The notes under the pieces: generated by a model
Told to the model about the DNA's origin: nothing
What the model saw: only the letters and a program-made list of their open reading frames with translations
The model's database searches: none
Shown here: piece by piece, positions 52,816-64,000 of the stretch
Position numbering within the stretch: the first letter of the stretch is position 1
Layout: each line of letters starts with the position of its first letter
Assembly: GCA_964016885.1 (NCBI GenBank)
Contig: OZ024762.1
Coordinates: 1,736,001 to 1,800,000 of the forward strand
DNA length: 64,000 nucleotides
Origin: Eledone cirrhosa
Taxonomy: Eukaryota
Direction of reading: 5' to 3'
Made by a program: the position numbers and the translations under genes

Positions 52816-52913
52816 CCAACCAGGATAGAAGCTGCTAAATGTTCGGTCGCCCTCATGTCTCTGATTTTCAGCACCATAGATTTTGTCTATTATATTCGTT
52901 TGTTATATTTCGA

Positions 52914-52971
52914 ATGCCTGATGATGTCACCAGATTCATACTGAACCCGGTCATTGAAATGATCATAGTAT
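52914..52971 (+). ncRNA. Type I hammerhead motif
   Basis: ATGC-CTGATGA-..ACC..TTCA-TAC-TGAA..GGT..-GAA-ATGATCAT-A-GTAT; palindromic stem III. Confidence 0.55.
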
Positions 52972-53258
52972 AATAAACCTTTTAAGGAATTACACCAGTC
53001 CAGAGTGCTTTTTTGTCGTGGCACCTCCACGTCCACTTTACAGTTTGGGCTGGGTGCTTTTTTTTCCGTGGCGCCTCCACGTCCACTGTGCAGTGGGAGA
53101 GGGTGGGGGCATATTGTCTATATGCTTTGGCTTCAGATTGTTCCCGTGGGAAGTCGGGTCTTCTGTATTACTGCGTAAACATCACGGTCGTGTGTCATCT
53201 CCCTTCAGAGGTGCAATATATATAATTAGAAAGTGAACAACACAAAATATAACTATAC

Positions 53259-53324
53259 TCCATTACCAAAGGTTTCTGGATCCCAGACAATAATTATATA
53301 CATCTGGATCGGTCGTCAGACAGA
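53259..53324 (-). ncRNA. Type I hammerhead ribozyme inside the inverted-repeat module 53224-53355
   Basis: Minus strand: TCTGT-CTGACGA-CC-GATCCAGA...TCTGGGATC-CA-GAAACCTTTGGTA-ATGGA. Confidence 0.65.
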
Positions 53325-53489
53325 TGTTATATTTTGTGTTGTTCACTTTCTAATTAAATAGCTCTGTTCTATACATAGAGCACTCTTTTTTCCTTTGCTT
53401 TTCCTTCGGAATTATCTAACACACACACACATATATATATAGTAATAATAATAAATTTGAAGACTAAACCACACAGCCTGCCTCTTCAC

Positions 53490-53567
<78 letters not shown>

Positions 53568-53577
53568 CTAAAGTCTG

Positions 53578-53850
53578 TCTTAAGCCAGAAGGCTCATTTG
53601 GCCGGTTCTTATCCTGGTTTCATGGCATGAAGCGACTGAGTACAAGAGTCCCCACTGGACAGGACGCCAGTCCATCGCAGGGTTAGGCCCCCAGATATTG
53701 CTGGTACTCATTTTCAGCTGAATATACTGGAAGCAACGTGAAATGAAGTGTTTTATTCAAGAACACAACACACAACCCAGTCTAGGAATCAGTTTCATGA
53801 CATTAGGATTTTAAGCCCAACACCCTTACCACTAGGCCACATGCTTCCAC
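53578..53850 (-). mobile_element. tRNA-derived SINE with a Meta-like central domain
   Basis: TGGCCTAGTGGTAAGG head; CTGCGATGGACTGGCGTCCTGTCCAG...AGTCGCTTCATGCCATGAAACCAGGATAAG. Confidence 0.75.
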
Positions 53851-53934
53851 ACATACTCCGATATATATATATATATATGATGGGCTCTCCTATTGATATG
53901 ACATATGAGTGTCCTGATCCACAGACCAAGCCAC

Positions 53935-54150
53935 ATAGGTGACACGAGCAAGAGTTTATGGAGAGTGTTGCAGGTATGAAGGCCCGTTGCTTCGTCCCTG
54001 TTCAGTCAACCCGCAATTTCTCTATGCGACTGGATTTAAAGCACTTGATCGCGCTATGGCCCCTTTCTCTCCAGTCCTTTCTGTCAGCAGTAATTTGTTC
54101 ACAATCATGGAAAAGGATTGCAAGAGCAGTGAGATTTGATTTCAACTTAT
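53935..54150 (-). mobile_element. Degenerate RTE LINE 3' fragment
   Basis: 'KDKLKSNL..CEQITADRKDWRE...FKSSRIEKL'. Confidence 0.55.
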
Positions 54151-54167
54151 CCTTATATTGTATATAG

Positions 54168-54500
54168 GTGGAGATATAGACATATATATACACCTCTGAG
54201 GTGGAGGTATATATATATTTATACCTGTGTAGTGGAGGTATAGACATATATATACACCTCTGAGGTGGAGGTATATATATATTTATACCTGTGTAGTGGA
54301 GATATAGACATATATATACACCTCTGAGGTGGAGGTATATATATATTTATACCTGTGTAGTGGAGGTATAGACATATATATATATAGACATATATCTGTG
54401 CAGTACAGAGTACATATATATGTACCTTTGCAGTACAGGCAGGTATAAACTTATATATACCTGTGAGGTATATAGACATACATATACACCCATGAGGTGC
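54168..54500. repeat. 64-bp tandem repeat
   Basis: GTGGAGATATAGACATATATATACACCTCTGAGGTGGAGG...ACCTGTGTA units. Confidence 0.85.
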
Positions 54501-55074
54501 ATATAAGAATATACGCCGTCCCCCAGCCAATGAAATATCAAACAGCTGTTAGTCACTCTTTTCTTTCCACTGTAACAGAATAACTGCAACAACAAACTAA
54601 TCACACTTAGAAATGACTAATCTATTATCCAGGTGTTTAACAAGCTGACATTTCTCTTGCTATATTGACCTGTTTGTCATCATACAGCTGTTATCATGTC
54701 AATTATACAGCCTACTTATTCCAGATCTCACATCTAAACCTATCATAGTTAATAGCTCAGTCTCTGTCTTATTGGTGTTGTTGTTGTTGTTGTTATAGGG
54801 TGGTAGAGCTTCAGACACCATACTTTGCACTATTTCATTATAACCCTTTATGTTCTGAGTTCAAATCCCGCTGAAGTTAACTTTGCCTTTCATCCTTACG
54901 GGGTCGATAAAATAAAGTACCAGTAATGTACTGATTAATTGCTGGCCTTGTGCCAAAAGTAGAAATAATTATTATTATTGCTCTTGCTGTTGTTGTTGTT
55001 GTTGGTGTTGTACATTATCTTTTGTCTTGCATCAGTCTATGTAGTTTTAATCATAAATACCACCTCTGTAGCTG

Positions 55075-55620
55075 ACACATATATATACACACATACATAT
55101 ATACACATACATATATATATATATACATACATATATACATATACATACATATATACACACATACATATATACACACATACATATATACACATACATATAT
55201 ATACACACATACATATATACACATACATATATACACTCATACATATATATATATATACACACATACATACATCTATACACATACATATATACATATACAT
55301 ACATATATATACACACATACATATATACACACATACATATATACACTCATACATATATATATACACACACATACATACATCTATACACATACATATATAC
55401 ACATACCTACATATATATACATACATACATATATATACATACATATATACACATACATACATATATACACATACATACATACATATATACACACACATAC
55501 ATACATTATACACACATACATACATATATACACATACATACATATATACACATACATACATACATACATACATATATACACACACATACATACATTATAC
55601 ACACATACATACATATATAC

Positions 55621-55654
<34 letters not shown>

Positions 55655-55659
55655 GTGTA

Positions 55660-55725
<66 letters not shown>

Positions 55726-55949
55726 CACACATATATATACATACACATATACATATAGGAAAAATTAATTCACACACATATATATATATACATACACACA
55801 CACATAGATACATACATACACACACATATATATATATAAACACATACAATATATACACACAGGCTTATATATATACATACAACTTAGAACTGTCAACACA
55901 CACGTGTTTATATATATATGTGTGTATGTATATAATATATAATTATATA

Positions 55950-55988
<39 letters not shown>

Positions 55989-56275
55989 TATATATACACA
56001 CATACAATAACTCCCTGTGTGTATATATATTCAACCATCCAGTTGTCATCATTAACCCCCTTGTGTGTGTGTGTGTGTATCTCTGTGTGTATGTGTATGT
56101 GTGTATCTCTGTGTGTATGTGTATGTGTGTATCTATGTGTATGTGTATGTGTGTATCTCTCAGTGTATGTGTGTGTGCCTCTCTCTCTGTATGTGTCTGT
56201 GTCTCTCTCTCTCTCTCTCTGTATATGTGACTGTGTCTGTGTCTATGTGTATGTGTCTCTCTCTCTCTGCATGTA

Positions 56276-56306
<31 letters not shown>

Positions 56307-56832
56307 CTGTGTCTATGTGTATGTCTCTCTCTCTCTCGCTATGTATATGTGTGTGTGTGTGTATGTGTCTGTGTCTATGTGTATGTGTGTCTCTCTCTCT
56401 ATCTCTATGTATATGTGTGTGTGTATGTGTCTGTATCTATGTGTATGTGTCTCTCTCTCTCTATGTATATGTGTGTGTATGTGTATGTGTCTCTCTCTCT
56501 ATGTATGTGTGTGTGTGTGTGTGTATGTGTCTGTGTCTATGTGTATGTGTCTCTCTCTCTGCATGTATGTGTGTGTGTGTCTGTGTCTATGTGCATGTGT
56601 CTCTCTCTCTCTATGTATGTGTCTGTATCTATGTGTATGTGTCTCTCTCTCTCTATGTATATGTGTGTGTATGTGTATGTGTCTCTCTCGCTCTATGTAT
56701 GTGTATGTATCTATGTGCATGTGTCTCTCTCTCTCTATGTATATGTGTGTGTATGTGTATGTGTCTCTCTCTCTCTATGTATATGTGTGTGTGTATGTGC
56801 ATGTGTCTCTCTCTCTCTATGTATATGTGTGT
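55075..56832. repeat. CA/TA and TG/TC microsatellite fields
   Basis: Low complexity. Confidence 0.95.
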
Positions 56833-56994
56833 GTTGAATTGGTTTCTCTCTCTCCACATTGTACCTATTCAGATTTAATAAACAGCTGTAGCCATTCATA
56901 AGAAATATTTCGGTGGGTTTCGCACTTTCAAGCCACAGACACACATAAGACCTATACATTCCATGGCTTCAATCCTGTACTGTCAGTCTCTTGA

Positions 56995-57645
56995 TTCACA
57001 GATAGATAAATGTAAATACTATAACAGCCACACATTCCACACAGCCAGCTTTTCGACTGGCCTCAACTGGCTTGAACTAGCCTCAACTGGCTCCAACTGA
57101 CCTCGACTGGCCTCGACTGGCCTCAGCAGGGTCAAAATATCCTGTTTTCTTGATGTACAGATATATAAATCTAAATATTATACATTCCACACACTGGCTT
57201 GAACTGGCTTCGGCTGGCTTGAACTGGCTTCGGCTGGCTTGAATTGGCCTCGGCTGGCTTGAACTGGCCTCGGCTGGCTTGAACTGGCTTCGACTGGGTT
57301 CAGCAGGGTTAAATTATCCTGTAAACTTTATGTACAGATACAAATTTAAATATCATAACAGCTACACATTCCACATAAGCAGCTTGCTTCAACTGGCATG
57401 AACTGACCACAATTGGCTTGAGCTGGTCTCGACTGGCTTCAGCAGGGTTAAATTATCCTTGTATCTTTATGTACAGATATAAATCTAAATATTATATCAG
57501 CTACACATTCCACACAGCCAGCTTCTTGCTTCAACTGGCTTGAACTGACCACAACTGGCTTGAGCTGGCCTCAACTGGCCTTCAACAGGGTTAAATTATC
57601 CTGCAATGTTTATGTACAGATATAAATTTAAATATAACAGCCACA
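56995..57645. repeat. Higher-order repeat of ~4 units with internal 10-bp subrepeats (ACTGGCYTYR)
   Basis: Recurrent CAGCAGGGTTAAATTATCCTG...TGTACAGATATAAAT...CACATTCCAC blocks. Confidence 0.8.
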
Positions 57646-58237
57646 TCATTCTAACACAGTTTACATCTTTCTGATGTCTACAAACAAACTGTTGTGTTAA
57701 CCAGGAAAAACCTTGGGCTTATGTTTTCATAGGAAAATCTTTGTATTCTCTTATTCAGATAAAGTTTATAAATAGGCTGTCATCTACATAAAACATAGCT
57801 GGCCATCTCATGTTTTTGTTTGTAATTGTTTTATGTTGTTGTTGGTGTTTTGCCATCTGTTTTGTTGTTTTTTTTGTGGAGGGGAGAAACTTTTTGTTTG
57901 TGTTTTTTGCACTTTTTTTTTTATACATTGTGATAAATTGTCACAATAGATACAAGTAAATCATGTGTCAGCTTCAATTAATAGTGGAGGTGTGAGTGGG
58001 ATGGCTGTGGTGGTGGGGTGGCTGTGGGTGGGGTGGGGTGGATGTGGTGGTGTTAGCTTGAATTAGTAGTGGAGAAGTAGGGTGGCTGTGTTGTGGGGTG
58101 GGGTGGCTGTGCTTGTGTTGTGGTCTGTCGTGTGATTATTCTGAAAATAATCTAGTTACTGCAGAATAATGAAATAACCAGCTATTGCTTTCAGTAAGTC
58201 AGTCACTTGGCTGCCATAAAGTTTCATTATTTAATAT

Positions 58238-58429
58238 ACTGTCAGATATACAGTGTGTATATATATACTGTCAGATATACAGAGTGTATATATATATATA
58301 TATATATATATACTGTCAGATATACAGTGTGTATATATATACTGTCAGATATACAGAGTGTATATATATATATATATATATATACTGTCAGATATACAGT
58401 GTGTATATATATACTGTCAGATATACAGA

Positions 58430-58460
<31 letters not shown>

Positions 58461-58505
58461 CTGTCAGATATACAGTGTGTATATATATATTGTCAGATAT
58501 ACAGA

Positions 58506-58536
<31 letters not shown>

Positions 58537-58581
58537 CTGTCAGATATACAGTGTGTATATATATACTGTCAGATATACAGA

Positions 58582-58617
<36 letters not shown>

Positions 58618-58748
58618 TGTCAGATATACAGTGTGTATATATATATATATATATATACTGTCAGATATCAGTGATATATATATATATAATATATATATAT
58701 ATATATAAAAATATATATATATATATATATATATACTGTCAGATATCA

Positions 58749-58793
<45 letters not shown>

Positions 58794-58810
58794 TGTCAGA
58801 TATACAGATA
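58238..58810. repeat. Minisatellite TACTGTCAGATATACAG(T/A)GTG(TA)n
   Basis: Alternating short and long (TA)n units. Confidence 0.9.
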
Positions 58811-59304
58811 TATATATATATATGGTATAAAATATTTGACTCAACATACTTGAGGACTCTATGCCCCCAATTTAAAGCCACGTTATCTAAACTATTGATA
58901 ATTAAACCTCTTTGTCTGTTTGGGTGTTTTCCAGTCTTAAAACACTCCTCCACCCCCACAAATCTCTATAATCAATATATCTAAAATTACATGAAAATCA
59001 CGCCATGACCAAAATAATAATAATAACAATAATTGTTTCTACCTTTTGGCACAAGGTCAGCAATTACCCCAGTGCATTACTGGTACTTTATTTTATCAAC
59101 CCAGCAATAATTGTTTCTACTTTTGGCACAAGGTCAGCAATTACCCCAGTACATTACTGGTACTTTATTTTATCGATCCCGCAAGGATGAAAGGCAAAAT
59201 TAACCTCGTCGGGATTTGAACTCAGACCGTAAAGGGCCATGACTCTGTGCTACAAAGCACGGCGTCCACCTCTCTACCGATACTGCCAATCTAATAAGCG
59301 ATCG

Positions 59305-59670
59305 AGTGAAGGTGCTATGGTATTTCAGGATACAGACGAGAAATTAGAACACAATAGGCCTGACCTGGTGGTTTTTGACAAGGGAAAAAAAGATTGTGCC
59401 TGCTGTAGCCTGCCCCTTTGACACAAGAGTGCAAGAAAAGGAGAAGGAGAAAATTAACCGATACCAGGATTTAAAGTGAGAATTAAAAAGGACTTGGGAC
59501 TGTCATGAGATCAAGGTCGTCCTGATTGTCATAGGAGCACTAGGTACTACCTCGAAGAGTTTTCAAGGATGGTTAAAGAACATTAGTCCATCCCCCTTTT
59601 TTTGGAACACTTCAACAGGCATACTTGCTGGAAACAACAAGAACCCTTCAATACGTCCTGAATATCTGAA
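59305..59670 (+). mobile_element. R4/Dong-like REL-endonuclease LINE 3' fragment
   Basis: 'TDEKLEHNRPDLVVFDK..ACPFDTRVQEKEKEKINRYQDL..VVLIVIGALG' is the PD-(D/E)xK endonuclease region; frameshifts and stops. Confidence 0.85.
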
Positions 59671-60466
59671 GCTGCAGGTAGCGGCTTTTCAGTTAAATAA
59701 CATCAATGACTGAGACTCAAATAATAATTGTTTCCAGTGCATTACTGGTACTTTATTTTATCGACCCTGTAAGGATGAAAGTTAAAGTTAACCTCGGCGG
59801 GATTTGAACTCAGAATGGAAAGGGCCGTAACTCTATGCTGTAAAGCATGGCGTCCGACCCTCTACCGATACTGCCAATCCACCGCCCTAAATAATAATAA
59901 TAATAATAATAATGATAATAATAATAATAATAATTGCTTCTACTTTTGGCACAAGGCCAGCAATTACCCCAGTGTATTACTGGTACTTTATTTTATCGAC
60001 CCTGTAAATAAATTGATTTTCAACAGCTGAATGTTTAGATTACATGTAGGACTTTATAGTCAATAAATCTCCATACAAAACTGGATAATGGAATTTGATA
60101 AATCAAATCTAAGTTAGTTTATTTGAAGGATTGACCCAGTTGCTAATATGTCACCTCTAAAACACCCACTCCTAGACAGATGCTGCCATTCTCCTTTACC
60201 CAGGCCTTGCTCAAACCACAACCACTCCCATAATACCACTCACACTTCACTCAGGCCTCAGCCACTCTCAAGTGAACCTAAACACTGGACAGTATCGGTA
60301 GAGGGTCGGACGCCATGCTTTCCAGCATAGTTACGGCCCTTTACAGTCTGAGTTCAAATCCCGCCGAGGTTGACTTTGCTTTTCATCCTTACGGGGTCGA
60401 TAAAATAATAATAATTGTTTCTACTTTTTTTGGCACAAAGTCAGCAATATATATGGGGTGTGGGAT

Positions 60467-60732
60467 ACTACTACTACTGCTACTGCTGCTGCTACTACTA
60501 CTTCTACTTCTACTATCACTGCTGCTACTGCTACTACTACTATTACTGCTGCTGCTGCTGCTACTGCTACTACTACTACTACTATTACCACTACCACTAC
60601 TACCACTAAACTACTACTACTACTACTACTACTATTACTGCTGCTACTGCTACTGCTACTACTACTACTATTACTACTATTACCACTATTACAACTGCTG
60701 CTATTACTACCAGTACTGCTACTACTACTACT
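60467..60732. repeat. (CTA)/(CTG)n trinucleotide repeat
   Basis: Low complexity. Confidence 0.95.
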
Positions 60733-60763
60733 AGGAGAAAGAGAAGGATAGAGAGAGAAGAAG

Positions 60764-60804
<41 letters not shown>

Positions 60805-60900
60805 AATATGACATCTGATGTATGGCTGCTTCCAAGTAAAGATGAGACAAGGGAGACAACCCATTTGACCTCTGTTTAAATAACCAACCAACTAAAAAAA

Positions 60901-60931
<31 letters not shown>

Positions 60932-61011
60932 TATAAATATATATATATATATGCAGAGGTTATATTTAATTTGTTGGGATTCAAATCAGAGACATGTAAT
61001 TTGTCAGCTTA

Positions 61012-61101
<90 letters not shown>

Positions 61102-61442
61102 ACAATAAGCTGACAAATTACATGTCTCTGATTGGCTAAATGAAAACATGTGACAAATTGGGTGAAACACTAAAATGACACCTGAAATGAGGCGACATTT
61201 ACCCCCCCCCCCCCCCCGGGAGTGATTCTGTTTTCAGTTGGAGCTGGTCGGCTGACAACCGCCAGGGGTCGTTAGTGTTGTCGATAAACAAAAGAAATCA
61301 TTAAAAAAAAATGTAATTAGTAGAGCATGGTATTAGTGAAGTAGCGCTACTGTAGTAAGTTAACCATCATCATCATCATCATCATCATCATCATACGTCT
61401 ATTTTCCACACTAGCATGTGTTAGACAGGTTGTCCAAGTCAC

Positions 61443-61665
61443 GTACTGGTGTCAACATAATAAAAGTACCAGTTATGTACTGGTGTCAATATAATAAAAG
61501 TACCAGTTACGTACTGGTATCAATATAATAAAAGTACCAGTTACGTACTTGTGTCAATATAATAAAAGTACCAGTTACGTACTGGGGTCAATATAATAAA
61601 CGTACCAGTTACGTACTGAGGTCAATATACTAAAAGTACCAGTTACATACTGGGGTCAATACAAT
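61443..61665. repeat. 34-bp minisatellite derived from SINE family C
   Basis: GTACTGGTGTCAATATAATAAAAGTACCAGTTAC units running into the SINE C 3' sequence. Confidence 0.8.
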
Positions 61666-62045
61666 CAACTTTACCCTTCCCCCTCTCCTCAATTTTCTGG
61701 CTTTGTGTCAAAATTAGCAACCATAATTATACTGGTGGTGTTTGGGACATAACTTAAAGGTTCTTACATGAAATTATGGTGGTTGTGACAGGGTTAAGCC
61801 TTTAGCATTTAAACCGGCTATATCTGGCCAGAATTCTCTCACCTCTTTCTGTTCAAACCGGCTGTAACCGGCTGCTCATGATGATGTTATGGTATTGTTC
61901 TCAAAATAAATAACATCAGAATCTCATAGATTCGATATTATGTGAGATAATTATGTGAGATAAATCCTTTAGCACAAAAATATGACCAAAGCTAAATGAG
62001 GTCAAAGAATTTAAAGCTTGATTATCAAATGGCATTACCAAAATG

Positions 62046-62162
62046 TTAATGGTTGCTATTAGCAACAGAAGCAGGGCCACTTTTCTGACTTAAAACTTCA
62101 TCTGCTTCGGAATCTTGATTGTCTTCTGATAATAATTCAGACTGGAGAAGTCGTTCTTGTTC
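62046..62162 (-). CDS. Unidentified acidic protein, terminal coding exon
   Basis: Acceptor TCTCTTCCAG; EQERLLQSELLSEDNQDSEADEVLSQKSGPASVANSNH*; phase 0 matches the upstream exon. Confidence 0.75.
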   Translation of the reverse strand, partial: EQERLLQSELLSEDNQDSEADEVLSQKSGPASVANSNH

Positions 62163-62260
62163 CTGGAAGAGAAATATGCAGGAAATGATAACACGAAGAA
62201 ACAAGCTGGAGTAGGACAGAAGAAAGGAGAGACACAAAATAAGAAATCAGTCACTGAAGA

Positions 62261-63021
62261 GGTCATCAGAGAGACAATCCACAAGGTGGGTGACAGGTAG
62301 ATGATATATAATGTCTCAGAGGACAGAGACCAGTGACCAGTGGTCATCAGAGAGACAATCCACAAGGTGGGTGACAGGTAGATGATATATAATGTCTCAG
62401 AGGACAGAGACCAGTGACCAGTGGTCATCAGAGAGACAATCCACAAGGTGGGTGACAGGTAGATGATATATAATGTCTCAGAGGACAGAGACCAGTGACC
62501 AGTGGTCAACAGAGGGACAATCCACAAGGTGAGTGACAGGTAGATGATATATAATGTCTCAGAGGACAGAGACCAGTGACCAGTGGTCAACAGAGAGACA
62601 ATCCACAAGATGGGTGACAGGCAGATGATATATAATGTCTCAGAGGACAGAGACCAGTGACCAGTGGTCAACAGAGGGACAATCCACAAGGTGGGTGACA
62701 GGTAGATGATATATAATGTCTCAGAGGACAGAGACCAGTGACCAGTGGTCAACAGAGGGACAATCCACAAGGTGGGTGACAGGTAGATGATATATAATGT
62801 CTCAGAGTACAGACCAGTGACCAGTGGTCATCAGAGAGACAATCCACAAGATGGGTAACAGGCAGATGATATATAATGTCTCAGAGGACAGAGACCAGTG
62901 ACCAGTGGTCAACAGAGAGACAATCCACAAGGTGGGTGACAGGCAGATGATATATAATGTCTCAGAGGACAGAGACCAGTGACCAGTGGTCAACAGAGAG
63001 ACAATCCACAAGGTGGGTGAC
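62261..63021. repeat. 81-bp intronic minisatellite
   Basis: About 9 copies filling most of the intron 62163-63062. Confidence 0.95.
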
Positions 63022-63062
63022 AACTGAATGTCAATGAATAAAAAGAACTTCCAGACACTAAC

Positions 63063-63171
63063 CAGAAGGATCTTCTCTGTCCTTTCTAATGTAGACTGGA
63101 CCTCATCTTGTTGTAGTTCTACCAAAATACTATCAAATTCTTCGTATTCCTCGGACGAGTCATTCTGGAGC
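63063..63171 (-). CDS. Unidentified acidic/coiled-coil protein, internal exon
   Basis: TTTTTTCAG acceptor, GTTAGT donor, 109 nt; LQNDSSEEYEEFDSILVELQQDEVQSTLERTEKILL. Confidence 0.8.
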
Positions 63172-63589
63172 CTGAAAAAAAAGCCAAAGACTATTATTTT
63201 TCCATATTTATTAGAATTCTTGAAGTGTTTCGTCCCTTTGTTCATGTTACAGTTTAGTTACATACACATACATACACATAGATACACATACATAGACAAC
63301 AGAAGTACACATACATACACACATCTACACATATATACATATACAGATACATAGACAAAAGAAGTGCACACACACACACACACACATACACACATAAATA
63401 CATAGATACATAGACAACAGAAATACACACACACACATACATACACATATATATTCATAAATAGATACATTGTACACAATAATTATTACATACGCACACA
63501 TCTATGTAATGATTGAGGAAGGAAGGAGCTGGTGAAACACTGTAGCGATGAGTGTTCCAAGATTTGCTACACTTGTGTGAGTGTAAGAC

Positions 63590-63798
63590 ATTGGTGACAT
63601 AATGGTGAGATATTGGTGACATATAGGTGAGATATTGATGACATATAGGTGAGATATTGGTGACATATAGGTGAGATATTGGTGACATATTGGTGAGATA
63701 TTGGTGAGATATTGGTGACACAATGGTGAGATACTGGTGAGATATTAGTGACATACTGGCGAGATATAGGTGAGATATTGGTGACACATTGATGACAC
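63590..63798. repeat. Degenerate 11/22-bp tandem repeat GGTGAGATATTGGTGACATATA
   Basis: Tandem copies. Confidence 0.85.
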
Positions 63799-63811
63799 AA
63801 TCAACACTTAC

Positions 63812-63895
63812 CTGTTTGAGATATATCCAGTATCAGAGAGAGAGGCTGCTGGCACCAAGTCCTCGGTAAACTCGGGGCTAGTGGCTGGGTTACAG
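63812..63895 (-). CDS. Unidentified protein, internal exon
   Basis: CTTAG acceptor, CAG|GTAAGT donor, 84 nt, phase 2-2, in frame with the 63171 exon; CNPATSPEFTEDLVPAASLSDTGYISNR. Confidence 0.72.
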
Positions 63896-64000
63896 CTAAG
63901 GTTAATCCATTTATTTATATAATCCTTATTACACTGTGGGGGCGGTGTCAACAGAAATTGTCTGTCATTGTCATCACTCATTACAGGTATGTTGTAACAT

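Noticed and set aside
62261-63021. Tandem hammerhead (retrozyme) array
   Set aside because: CTGATGA is followed by GAGAC rather than GAAAC, and there is no stem III or NUH geometry

Overview
AT-rich, repeat-dense eukaryotic genomic DNA. The SINE/LINE repertoire (tRNA-headed SINEs with RTE tails, Nin- and Meta-like SINE domains) points to a coleoid cephalopod, probably Octopus (inference). Two minus-strand spliced genes can be reconstructed. One is a CD164/endolyn-like sialomucin (signal-peptide exon 43781-43892 joined across a ~22.8 kb intron to exon 20584-21011, which ends in NYHTL). The other is the last three coding exons of an unidentified acidic protein (63812-63895, 63063-63171, 62046-62162). 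Almost all long ORFs in the ORF track are microsatellite or minisatellite artefacts. The rest is fragments of RTE, R4/Dong-like, mariner and Helitron elements, piggyBac-type MITEs, SINEs, a tRNA-Leu pseudogene and many minisatellites. Two things stand out. (1) About ten type I hammerhead-ribozyme motifs of several sequence families, mostly inside short inverted-repeat modules of the Penelope-like pseudo-LTR kind; some show stem covariation, one back-to-back pair sits in the CD164 intron, and a dense cluster spans 50.5-53.3 kb. (2) A single-copy, GC-rich, strand-asymmetrically structured ~165-nt element at 3561-3725 (minus) with a B box, a C(UUCG)G hairpin and a T5 terminator, a candidate unannotated Pol III RNA.
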